Source: Candidatus Magasanikiibacteriota bacterium (lineage in GTDB: Bacteria; Patescibacteriota; Patescibacteriia; Magasanikbacterales; GWA2-37-8). Taken from it: a stretch of 64,000 nucleotides of DNA. Below, one piece after another: positions 17,546-26,246 of the stretch. The notes under the pieces are model-generated. The model ran no database searches and was not told the DNA's origin. It worked only from the letters and a program-made list of their open reading frames with translations. The stretch is taken from contig JBAYIZ010000002.1 in assembly GCA_041665405.1 (NCBI GenBank), forward strand, positions 7,300 to 71,299. The letters run 5' to 3'. The stretch's first letter is position 1. Each line of letters begins with the position of its first letter. The translations under genes and the position numbers were made by a program.

Positions 17546-18262
17546 ATGAAAATTAACGGGGAAAGATTTTTAAATGACGAAGCCCTTGAGAAAATGAGTG
17601 GGCAATGGAAAAAAGATGCGGATAAATATGAAAAGAGAACTCCAGATTTTCCTTATTATTATCCTGTAAATAGAATTGAAGGTAAAAAACGCGACGGCGG
17701 ACAAATTGATTTGTTGCATAATGAAAGGTTTATTGAGGAAACAATACCAGTATTAATAAAGAATAATCCTGAAAGGAAAATAAAAATATTAGATGTAGGT
17801 GGTGGTACTGGGTTATTTGCGAAACAAATCCGTGAGATCTTTGGTTCAAAAGTAGAGGTGCTTACCACTGGTTTAGTAAAGCAGTCAGCTAGAGTGGAAC
17901 GAGCTTCAATTGGTGAATCAACTAAACTTCATCAAAATGATTTAAAGTGGCGTTCGGTATTAGAACTTAGCGATTTTCCGGAGTTTGATTTGATTATTGA
18001 TACAATGGGAGAAGGATTATGGGGTGTGGGACTTGAAGAGTTTGAAGAATCAAAAGGTAAGATTGAAAATTATTTAAACGCTGTCGCAAAAAAGTTATTA
18101 CCTGGTGGACATGCCAGTATTACACAATTACATGTGGATGAAACTTCCCCTGATGAATTTAGAAAATTGTTTGATCATATAGAACAGGCTTGTGGTGTGA
18201 AGATAGATCGTAATGAAAAAGGTGGTTCAATAAAAATATATAAGAGTGATAAAAAAATATAA
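17546..18262 (+). CDS. Class I SAM-dependent methyltransferase (hypothetical substrate)
   Basis: Motif I ILDVGGGTGLFA and an acidic residue after beta2. No further specificity is discernible. Confidence 0.55.
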   Translation: MKINGERFLNDEALEKMSGQWKKDADKYEKRTPDFPYYYPVNRIEGKKRDGGQIDLLHNERFIEETIPVLIKNNPERKIKILDVGGGTGLFAKQIREIFGSKVEVLTTGLVKQSARVERASIGESTKLHQNDLKWRSVLELSDFPEFDLIIDTMGEGLWGVGLEEFEESKGKIENYLNAVAKKLLPGGHASITQLHVDETSPDEFRKLFDHIEQACGVKIDRNEKGGSIKIYKSDKKI

Positions 18263-18270
18263 GTTAAATA

Positions 18271-19323
18271 TTGTTTATGCAATCTAAACTTGAACAATTA
18301 AAATCCGAAGCGCTGTTGGCTTTGAAGTCAGTCAAAGACAAAATGCAGTTGGAAGAATTGGAAAATAAATTGTTGGGACGCAAAAATGGCGAGCTCACCA
18401 ATATTATGAAGGGGCTCAAAGATTTGGCCGATGATGCTCGCAAAGTAGCTGGCCAAATTGCCAATGAGGTAAAGATAGAAATCGAGAGTGCTTTGCAATC
18501 CAAAAAACAAGAATTGTCTCAAGCGGATTGGTCTTCTGTTTTGGAAAAAGAACGGATAGATATTTCTCAACCAGCTCTGCCAAAAACAGAGCGTGGACAT
18601 TTTCATCCCAATACTATTATCCAAACTGATTTGGAAGATTTGTTTACCTCTATGGGTTTTATGGTTTTGGATGGACCGGAATTAGAAAGTGATTATTACA
18701 ATTTTACTGCCGTAAATATACCAACCACTCATCCGGCGCGCGATATGCAGGATACTTTTTATATCAAAAACCATGATGTGGGGACAGATAGTCCATGGGT
18801 GATGCGTACGCAGACATCTTCGGTGCAGGTGCGAGCGATGCAAAAATATGGCGCCCCACTACGCGCGATTGTGCCAGGCAAATGTTATCGCAACGAAGGT
18901 ACAGATGTCCGCCACGAACATACTTTTTACCAGTTGGAAGGTTTTGTTATTGATGAAAATATTACTTTTGCCCACATGAAAGGGGTAATGGAATCGGTGG
19001 TGGAGCATCTTTTTGGAGAAGAAACAAAATTAAAACTGAGACCAAAATTTTATCCTTTTGTGGAGCCGGGAGTAAATGGTGAAGTGACTTGTTTCCTATG
19101 CAAAGGAAAAGGATGTCGTGTCTGTAAAAATACTGGATGGTTAGAAATTATTGGCGCGGGTATGATTCATCCAAATGTTTTGCGTGAAGGCAAAATTGAT
19201 CCAAATAAATATCAGGGGTTTGCTTTTGGATTTGGTTTGACTCGTCTAGTTATGTTGAAATATGGTATCGAAGATATTCGTCATCTGGAAAGCGGAGATT
19301 TAAAATTTTTAAAACAGTTTTAA
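18271..19323 (+). CDS. pheS: Phenylalanine--tRNA ligase alpha subunit
   Basis: Class II aaRS motifs, ...FNFTAVNIPTTHPARDMQDTFYI..., typical 350-aa size, directly upstream of pheT. Confidence 0.92.
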   Translation: MFMQSKLEQLKSEALLALKSVKDKMQLEELENKLLGRKNGELTNIMKGLKDLADDARKVAGQIANEVKIEIESALQSKKQELSQADWSSVLEKERIDISQPALPKTERGHFHPNTIIQTDLEDLFTSMGFMVLDGPELESDYYNFTAVNIPTTHPARDMQDTFYIKNHDVGTDSPWVMRTQTSSVQVRAMQKYGAPLRAIVPGKCYRNEGTDVRHEHTFYQLEGFVIDENITFAHMKGVMESVVEHLFGEETKLKLRPKFYPFVEPGVNGEVTCFLCKGKGCRVCKNTGWLEIIGAGMIHPNVLREGKIDPNKYQGFAFGFGLTRLVMLKYGIEDIRHLESGDLKFLKQF

Positions 19324-19324
19324 T

Positions 19325-21766
19325 ATGTTGATTTCTTATAATTGGTTAAAAAATTATGTAAATCTGCCTGCTTCTATTTCTGCTCGCGAAGTAGCGGATA
19401 AATTGATGGCTAGTACTGTAGAGGTAGAGGGGTTGCAAGATCAGGGCGAACTTTTGCAAAATATTGTGGTTGGCAAAGTCGTAAGTGCAGAAAAACATCC
19501 CAATGCCGACAAATTGAAACTATGTAAAGTAGATATTGGTAATGAAGAACTGCAAATAGTTTGTGGTGGTAGTAATGTGGGCGAAGGCATGCTCGTGGCT
19601 GTCGGAAAAATTGGCGCCAAAGTGCAGTGGCACGGCGAAGGGGAGTTGGTAGAATTGAAACCAACTAAAATTCGCGGTGAAGAATCTTTTGGTATGATTT
19701 GCGCATCTACCGAGATTGGTTTGGGAGAATTATTTCCAATAAAAGATGAAAAAGAAATTTTGGATTTGACTGACAAAAATTTTCAAGTAGGCATGCCGTT
19801 GGCACAGGCGCTAGGTCTTAATGATGTGGTGATTGAAATAGATAATAAATCACTGTCTCATCGTGGCGATTTGTGGGGTCATTATGGTATGGCGCGCGAG
19901 GTGGCGGTTTTGTACAATCGCGATTTGAATAAATATGAGACCAAAAAAATAAATGCCGGTAAAGATTTTAAATTAAAGGTGGAAGTAAAAGACGCCAAAT
20001 TGTGTCCACGCTATATGGCGGTGGCAGTGGGTGGTATCAAAGTAGGTCCATCACCGATTTGGTTGCAAGAAAAATTGATGGCTCTTGGCCATCATCCGAT
20101 AAATAATATTGTGGATATTACCAACTATGTGATGTTAGATTTGGGGCAGCCACTACACGCTTTTGATGCTATTAAAGTGGAAGAAAAAATAATTGTTCGC
20201 AATGCATTAAAAGGAGAAACATTGGTCGCTTTGGATAAAAATGAATACAAGCTAAATGAAAGCGACCTGGTAATTGCCGATAACAAAAAAGCTTTGGCGA
20301 TAGCTGGTGTGATGGGAGGAATGGAAAGTGCTATTTCAGATAGTACTACCACTATTATTTTTGAGTCAGCAAATTTTGATGCGGTGAGTGTCCGCAAAAC
20401 CTCCACTCATTTGAATTTGCGCTCCGATTCATCTATGCGTTTTGAAAAAAGTTTGGATCCAAATACTTGTGAGGTTGCTTTGCAAAAAGCAGTAGAATTG
20501 GTATTGCAATGTTGTCCAGACGCCAAAGTGGTGAGCAAAGTTATGGATGAGAAAAAGTTTTCTTTGGCTGTTGGTCCGATAGAAATGCCAGCGAATATTT
20601 TTGAGAAAAAATTGGGAGTGCAAATTCCCCAAAAAGATATTTTAAATATTTTGAACAAACTCGGTTTTGAAGTAAAAGCCAAAAAAGAAAAACTGTTGGT
20701 CACCATCCCAACTTGGCGTGCTACCAAAGATATTTCTATTGCTGAGGATGTAGTGGAAGAAGTGGCTCGTTTCTTTGGCTTTGATAATATTCCATCTGTG
20801 CTACCTTGGATGCCAATTAATCCACCACAAAAAAATGCTTTGCGTAATTTGGAAAGAATAGTATCTGAAACATTTGTAAAAGAATTGGGTTATAACGAAG
20901 TATATAATTATAGTTTTGTTAGTGAAGATCAAATTGTCAAAATGCAAGATGATTTGAGTAAATATATTGAGTTAGAAAATCCACTTTCCAAAGAGCGTCC
21001 ATATTTGCGTCGCAATCTGTTGCCGAATTTGTTGGAAAATGTAAAAAATAATATTGAAAATTATCCGGAAGTAAAAATTTTTGAGATTGGCAAAGTATTT
21101 TCAATACATGAAAATGGTGTACGAGCGGACCTCAATGGTGACGGACTATTGCCCCGTCAAGATACTTGGTTGGCGACTGCCTTTGTATGCAAAAAAGATA
21201 ATGCGCCATATTGGCAGGTACGACGCGCGTTGGAAACAGTTTTTGGTGTGTTAAATGAACAATTTGAAATTGTGGTGGCGGATGTTGTGAAATCATGGGA
21301 ACACCCGACTCGTTTGGCTCTGGTTTCTGTATTTGGAAAAACAGTAGGAGTTATTTGCGAAATTAATCCTACTGTATCTGAAAGTTTGGGGGTTGAACAA
21401 CGTGTAGGCGTATTGCAATTAAATTTGTCTGAGCTGTCCGCGTTGTTGGAAAATAAAAATTTTGTTTCTAATTATCAACCAGCTTCAATTTATCCAGAAG
21501 TTGTCCGTGATTTGGCCTTTTTGGTAAAAAAAGAAGTTGAGCATAAAGAAATTTTGGTTTCGTTATTAAAAAGCGCGACGTTATTGGTTAAAGCCGAATT
21601 GTTTGATATATACGAAGGTAATAATATCGGTGAGGGATACAAGAGTATGGCTTATCGACTGACTTATGCCGACCCAAAACGCACTTTGACCACTGCGGAG
21701 GTAGATTCATCATTAGAAAAAGCGCAAAAAGAATTGAAAAAAGAGTTTGGTGCGGAAATTAGATAA
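19325..21766 (+). CDS. pheT: Phenylalanine--tRNA ligase beta subunit
   Basis: N-terminal MLISYNWLKNYV... tRNA-binding domain, B3/B4, B5, FDX-ACB domains. 813 aa. Confidence 0.92.
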   Translation: MLISYNWLKNYVNLPASISAREVADKLMASTVEVEGLQDQGELLQNIVVGKVVSAEKHPNADKLKLCKVDIGNEELQIVCGGSNVGEGMLVAVGKIGAKVQWHGEGELVELKPTKIRGEESFGMICASTEIGLGELFPIKDEKEILDLTDKNFQVGMPLAQALGLNDVVIEIDNKSLSHRGDLWGHYGMAREVAVLYNRDLNKYETKKINAGKDFKLKVEVKDAKLCPRYMAVAVGGIKVGPSPIWLQEKLMALGHHPINNIVDITNYVMLDLGQPLHAFDAIKVEEKIIVRNALKGETLVALDKNEYKLNESDLVIADNKKALAIAGVMGGMESAISDSTTTIIFESANFDAVSVRKTSTHLNLRSDSSMRFEKSLDPNTCEVALQKAVELVLQCCPDAKVVSKVMDEKKFSLAVGPIEMPANIFEKKLGVQIPQKDILNILNKLGFEVKAKKEKLLVTIPTWRATKDISIAEDVVEEVARFFGFDNIPSVLPWMPINPPQKNALRNLERIVSETFVKELGYNEVYNYSFVSEDQIVKMQDDLSKYIELENPLSKERPYLRRNLLPNLLENVKNNIENYPEVKIFEIGKVFSIHENGVRADLNGDGLLPRQDTWLATAFVCKKDNAPYWQVRRALETVFGVLNEQFEIVVADVVKSWEHPTRLALVSVFGKTVGVICEINPTVSESLGVEQRVGVLQLNLSELSALLENKNFVSNYQPASIYPEVVRDLAFLVKKEVEHKEILVSLLKSATLLVKAELFDIYEGNNIGEGYKSMAYRLTYADPKRTLTTAEVDSSLEKAQKELKKEFGAEIR

Positions 21767-21839
21767 TTGTTTTGGTAGTTTTTTGTTTGTTTTCCTTTTT
21801 TGTGTTATACTATATGTATAATTTTTAAAAGAGGGTAAT

Positions 21840-22226
21840 ATGTTTGAAAATTCAAAAGATATTTTATATTTAGTAATTTCATTTTGTGTTTTGTGGGTGA
21901 CTTTTTTCTTATGTTGGATGTTTTATTATCTGATGAGATTATTGCGCAACGCCAATCAGATAGTAGAAGAATTTAGAGTGCGATTACAGGCGCTGACCGA
22001 GGCCATAAATTATGTGCGTGGAAAAGTGGAGCATATGTCTGGGCTTTTGACATTGATTACCGAGGGAGCTTCTGGTTTGGTAAAAAAAGTGATTTCCAAA
22101 AAGACAGACGAATGGATGAATGCTGGATCAGACAAATTTAATAATAGTGCGAAGGAAGCGGTAGCTAGGGCGGTCGCTGAAACAGCACAGCAGATGAAGA
22201 AGGCGACTAAAGCAATTAAAAAATAA
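21840..22226 (+). CDS. Hypothetical small membrane protein (N-terminal TM + coiled coil; DUF948/YtxH-like)
   Basis: Hydrophobic N-terminus then Ala/Lys/Glu-rich helical region. No catalytic motifs. Confidence 0.4.
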   Translation: MFENSKDILYLVISFCVLWVTFFLCWMFYYLMRLLRNANQIVEEFRVRLQALTEAINYVRGKVEHMSGLLTLITEGASGLVKKVISKKTDEWMNAGSDKFNNSAKEAVARAVAETAQQMKKATKAIKK

Positions 22227-22244
22227 TATAATAAAATAGGATAA

Positions 22245-22356
22245 AAAATACAGCGACAATAATGACTTTTGAGCTTTCCTCACCTCGCGAGAGGTTCAGG
22301 GAATCGCCTGCGGGCTCATAACCCGCTCAAAAGTAATTATTGTCGCTGTATTTTTT
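22245..22356. repeat. Copy 2 of ~105-nt palindromic element (outer IR aaaatacagcgacaataat/attattgtcgctgtatttt; conserved core)
   Basis: Between convergent genes. The core aligns with 8961-9066 with compensatory changes (ttttTagc/gctAaaaa vs ttttGagc/gctCaaaa; ccCcGCGAgGgg vs ccTcGCGAgAgg). Confidence 0.65.
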
Positions 22357-22360
22357 GATT

Positions 22361-23053
22361 TTATTTTTTTATGTTGTTTTCATGTTCCCAGCGTGTACCG
22401 ATAAATATGGTCAGTGCGAACAACAATGCAAAATGACAGAGTATGGAAGGGAATTGATAATTTAATGCTGGGAAAAGTATCATTAAAATATAGGTAGGGA
22501 AAGCCATCAGGAAAACTCCCAACGGAAACATCAAGTATATTTTTTGTTTTTTCTGGTTAGCTTCTTTGAGATATGCTCGGATGCCGATTAGACAGGCAAT
22601 TAATATAAATGCAAAATAATAAGCAGTGTAGATTCCAAATCGGATTGAGGAAAGAGGTGAACTAACATCAGAAAAAATATTGTGTGCAGTTATAAAGATA
22701 TTGTGGCATTGTCCATTGACTAAAAAGATAGGTGCAGTTGTGGCCATGATGATGTATATGACGGGTATAATATAAAGCCAAATTAAATTTAGTTTTATCT
22801 TGAAATATTTTATTATACTATGTAACCCAATAGCTGGTAGTAGAGTGTAGGAGCAAAAACCGATTCGCATCCACAGGTCAGGATTGGTGGATTTGCAGAA
22901 CATAAATTCGGTGAGTTGATATAATCCTAAAAGAAATAGTACTGCACTAGAATAATAACGAATTCGTGTTTTTGAATATTTTATTGGTAGTATGATTGCT
23001 AGTGTCCATTCTATAATTGCGGTGGTCAAGGAGATGGTCGGATTATAACACAT
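22361..23053 (-). CDS. Hypothetical polytopic membrane protein
   Basis: 230 aa with multiple hydrophobic helices. No recognisable motif. Confidence 0.4.
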   Translation of the reverse strand: MCYNPTISLTTAIIEWTLAIILPIKYSKTRIRYYSSAVLFLLGLYQLTEFMFCKSTNPDLWMRIGFCSYTLLPAIGLHSIIKYFKIKLNLIWLYIIPVIYIIMATTAPIFLVNGQCHNIFITAHNIFSDVSSPLSSIRFGIYTAYYFAFILIACLIGIRAYLKEANQKKQKIYLMFPLGVFLMAFPTYILMILFPALNYQFPSILCHFALLFALTIFIGTRWEHENNIKK

Positions 23054-23115
23054 AATTTTGAATAGTTATTAAAGTAGCTTTATTATACACTAAAAACAGA
23101 CACGGTGTATCCACT

Positions 23116-23144
23116 TTGACTGGGGATATGATTTGGAGTATGAT
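23116..23144 (+). promoter_or_regulatory. Sigma70-like promoter TTGACT-N17-TATGAT upstream of gdhA
   Basis: TTGACT 23116-23121, 17-nt spacer, TATGAT 23139-23144, about 30 nt before ATG 23175. Confidence 0.45.
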
Positions 23145-23174
23145 TTATTAGTATATTTTTAATTATTTACATAT

Positions 23175-24401
23175 ATGCAAAATCCGTTTGAAAATGCGAT
23201 GGCTCAATTGGAAAAAGCAGCCAAAACAATGGGGCTGGATAAAAGTATCCATGAAATTTTGAAACAGCCAGATAGAGTTTTGACAGTATCAGTACCAGTA
23301 AGGATGGATAGTGGCGAAGTAAAGGTGTTCACCGGTTATAGAAGTCAATTTAATAATGCCCTTGGCCCATATAAAGGTGGTATTCGTTATCATCAAAATG
23401 TGACTCTAGATGAAGTAAAGGCATTGTCTTTTTGGATGATGGTCAAATGTGCGACGGTAAATATTCCAATGGGTGGAGGTAAAGGTGGAATTATCGTAGA
23501 TTCAAAATCTTTGTCTGAGGGGGAAACTGAAAGATTATCACGCGAATATATCCGAAAAATTTGGCGTGAAATTGGTTCGGACAAAGATGTGCCAGCGCCA
23601 GATATGTATACTACTCCAAAGATTATGGGGTGGATGCGTGATGAGTTTGAAAAACTTTTGGGTCATGCTGATCCGGGAGTGATTACCGGTAAGGCAATTG
23701 CCGATGGTGGTAGTGCCGGACGCGAAACCGCAACGGCTCAAGGTGGAGTATATGTGGTACGCGAATTGGCCAAAAAATTGAACCTGAACCCAAAAGAAAC
23801 AAAAGTAATAATCCAAGGCATGGGGAATGTGGGTGGTTTTATGGCCAAAATTTTGAGTGCTGACGGGTATATCATTGTGGCTATTAGTGACTCAAAAGGT
23901 GGTATATATAATGAAGCTGGGTTGGATGTATCAGCGGTGTTTGCCCACAAAGAACAAACTGGATCGTTGGCAAATTTTGCTGGTGCTAAAATAGTAACCA
24001 ATGCAGAATTGTTGGAATTGCCAGGAAATATTTTGGTACCATCGGCAATGGAAAATCAGATTACTGCCGAAAATGTAAATAATATAAAAGTCCAAGCGAT
24101 TGTAGAGATGGCCAACGGTCCTACCACTCCAGAAGCAGATGAAATTTTGGTTCAACGTGGTATTGTGGTGGTGCCAGATGTATTGGCCAACGCTGGGGGT
24201 GTGACAGTAAGTTGTTTTGAATGGGAACAAAATAATAAAAATGAAAAGTGGACAGAAGAACAAGTGTTTGCGAAGTTGGAACCAATGATGATCACTGCGT
24301 TCAATGAAGTGTGGGAAACAAAAGAAAAATATTCTACTACTATGCGCGTCGGGGCTTTTGTGAAAGCGATTGAGCGAGTGGCGAGTAAAATGAAGGTATA
24401 A
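23175..24401 (+). CDS. gdhA: Glutamate dehydrogenase (Glu/Leu/Phe/Val dehydrogenase family)
   Basis: ...GPYKGGIRYH... and ...KCATVNIPMGGGKGGI... active-site region. NAD(P)-binding GMGNVGG. Confidence 0.9.
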   Translation: MQNPFENAMAQLEKAAKTMGLDKSIHEILKQPDRVLTVSVPVRMDSGEVKVFTGYRSQFNNALGPYKGGIRYHQNVTLDEVKALSFWMMVKCATVNIPMGGGKGGIIVDSKSLSEGETERLSREYIRKIWREIGSDKDVPAPDMYTTPKIMGWMRDEFEKLLGHADPGVITGKAIADGGSAGRETATAQGGVYVVRELAKKLNLNPKETKVIIQGMGNVGGFMAKILSADGYIIVAISDSKGGIYNEAGLDVSAVFAHKEQTGSLANFAGAKIVTNAELLELPGNILVPSAMENQITAENVNNIKVQAIVEMANGPTTPEADEILVQRGIVVVPDVLANAGGVTVSCFEWEQNNKNEKWTEEQVFAKLEPMMITAFNEVWETKEKYSTTMRVGAFVKAIERVASKMKV

Positions 24402-24402
24402 T

Positions 24403-25272
24403 ATGCCAGAATTGCCGGAAGTGGAAACTATCCGCCGTGATTTGGAAAAAAAGATTGCTGGCAAAAAGATAAAGGTGATTGAAATTTTGGCATCAAAAAG
24501 TGTACACAATAAAAGCGCGGATTTTCTGTGCTTTTTGGTTGGTAATAATTTCAGTCATATTGAAAGACGGGGGAAATTATTAATGTTTGCTTTGAAAAAA
24601 ACAGATAAGTTTGCATATTTATTGGTCCATTTGAAAATGACTGGTCAATTAATTTTTAAACAAAAAAATAAACTGTTGGTCGGTGGTCATAATGTTTCAG
24701 TGAAAGATTTGGATTTGCCAAATAAATTTACCCGCGTAATTTTTTATTTTGCAGACGGTAGCCAGTTGTTTTTCAACGATATGCGTCGGTTTGGTTATCT
24801 GAAATTGGTTAGTAAAGAAGAAAAAGAAAAGATAGTGAAAAATAATTTTGGCATTGAACCTTTAACAACAGATTATACTCTGGAAGCTTTTACTGCTTTG
24901 TTTAAAAAGAGAAAAACAAATATAAAAGCCTTGCTTTTGAATCAAAAATTAATTTCTGGGATTGGAAATATTTATGCGGACGAGGTGTGTTTTTGCGCTC
25001 GCGTCTTACCATTTCGTTCTGTCCAAAGCTTAACCAAATTAGAAATAAAAAAATTATTTAGTTGTGTCGAACATGTATTAAAGATTGCTATTAATAATCG
25101 CGGTACTACTTTTAGTGATTATGTAGATAGTGAGGGAAATATTGGCAAGCATGTGGATTTTTTAAATGTGTATGGACGTAACAGAGAAAAATGTAAGCGT
25201 TGTAAACATATTATCCTAAAGAAAAAACACGCAGGACGAGGCACGCACTATTGTTCTAGCTGTCAGAAATAA
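24403..25272 (+). CDS. mutM: Formamidopyrimidine-DNA glycosylase
   Basis: N-terminal MPELPEVETIRRDL (catalytic Pro2/Glu3), H2TH domain, C-terminal zinc finger CKRC...CSSC. Confidence 0.9.
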   Translation: MPELPEVETIRRDLEKKIAGKKIKVIEILASKSVHNKSADFLCFLVGNNFSHIERRGKLLMFALKKTDKFAYLLVHLKMTGQLIFKQKNKLLVGGHNVSVKDLDLPNKFTRVIFYFADGSQLFFNDMRRFGYLKLVSKEEKEKIVKNNFGIEPLTTDYTLEAFTALFKKRKTNIKALLLNQKLISGIGNIYADEVCFCARVLPFRSVQSLTKLEIKKLFSCVEHVLKIAINNRGTTFSDYVDSEGNIGKHVDFLNVYGRNREKCKRCKHIILKKKHAGRGTHYCSSCQK

Positions 25273-25275
25273 TTT

Positions 25276-26178
25276 ATGAATTTTCCCGGATGTACTATTA
25301 CTCTATGTACTTATAATCGACTTGAATCTTTAAAGAGAAGTTTGGCTTCTTTGTTGGCTCTAGATTATCCTGAATTTGAAATTATAATCATCAATGATGC
25401 ATCTGTAGACGGCACTAGTAAATATCTGACTACTCTAAGAGATCCAAAAATAAAAGTAGTAGAACATCAAAAAAATCTTGGTCTCAGTGAGGCGAGAAAC
25501 AGCGGTATCAAAGCCGCTCGTTATAATTTTGTTGCTTCGGTTGATGATGACTGCGTAGTAGACAAAAATTGGTTAAAAAATTTAATGGTTGGTTTTACTT
25601 CAGAAAATATTGCTTTTGTATTTGGTCAAGTAAATTTCGTAGCGGAAAATTATCATGGATATTTTCCAGACAGATTGGTGCGCAATATTGGTGCTTTTTG
25701 GCCAATGGGTGGAAATATTGTTTATCGCAAGAAAGTATTTGATAAGATTGGATATCTGAATTCAGATTTTTTTTATTTTAATAATGAAGATAGTGAAATA
25801 GCGATTCGAGCGGTAGCCAATGGTTTTGAATATGCACGTGCTCCACAGGCGATAGTGACCCATGAGCCAGCGATTTGGAATGTAAAATCACTTTGGAGGT
25901 CAGCTCGCAATGGAGCGGTGTGGCCGAAATTAAAAAAACTTTACCCAAAAGATTATTTACATTTTCACCCCAAAGTACTATGGGGGATGGTTGTGTTGCC
26001 TTTGGATTATTTATTTTTATTGTCCTTACCAATTTGCGTCCCGATATTGTTAGTTCGCTATTTATGGCACGGCAAAAGAGGTTTAAAGATATTTTTTGCT
26101 AAGTGGCCTATACTGTTGTTTTTACGTCGTTATTATATTTGGAAGGAAGCCATTAAGAATAGGGTTTGGATGTTTTAG
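25276..26178 (+). CDS. Family 2 glycosyltransferase with C-terminal membrane helices
   Basis: ITLCTYNR...IIIINDASVDGT and a DDD motif region (VDDDC) typical of GT-A fold GT2 enzymes. Confidence 0.8.
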   Translation: MNFPGCTITLCTYNRLESLKRSLASLLALDYPEFEIIIINDASVDGTSKYLTTLRDPKIKVVEHQKNLGLSEARNSGIKAARYNFVASVDDDCVVDKNWLKNLMVGFTSENIAFVFGQVNFVAENYHGYFPDRLVRNIGAFWPMGGNIVYRKKVFDKIGYLNSDFFYFNNEDSEIAIRAVANGFEYARAPQAIVTHEPAIWNVKSLWRSARNGAVWPKLKKLYPKDYLHFHPKVLWGMVVLPLDYLFLLSLPICVPILLVRYLWHGKRGLKIFFAKWPILLFLRRYYIWKEAIKNRVWMF

Positions 26179-26246
26179 TAATTTATTTGTCTATCCTTGC
26201 AATTTTTGATCAATTTAGTTAAAATATAGCGGTAATTACTATAAAT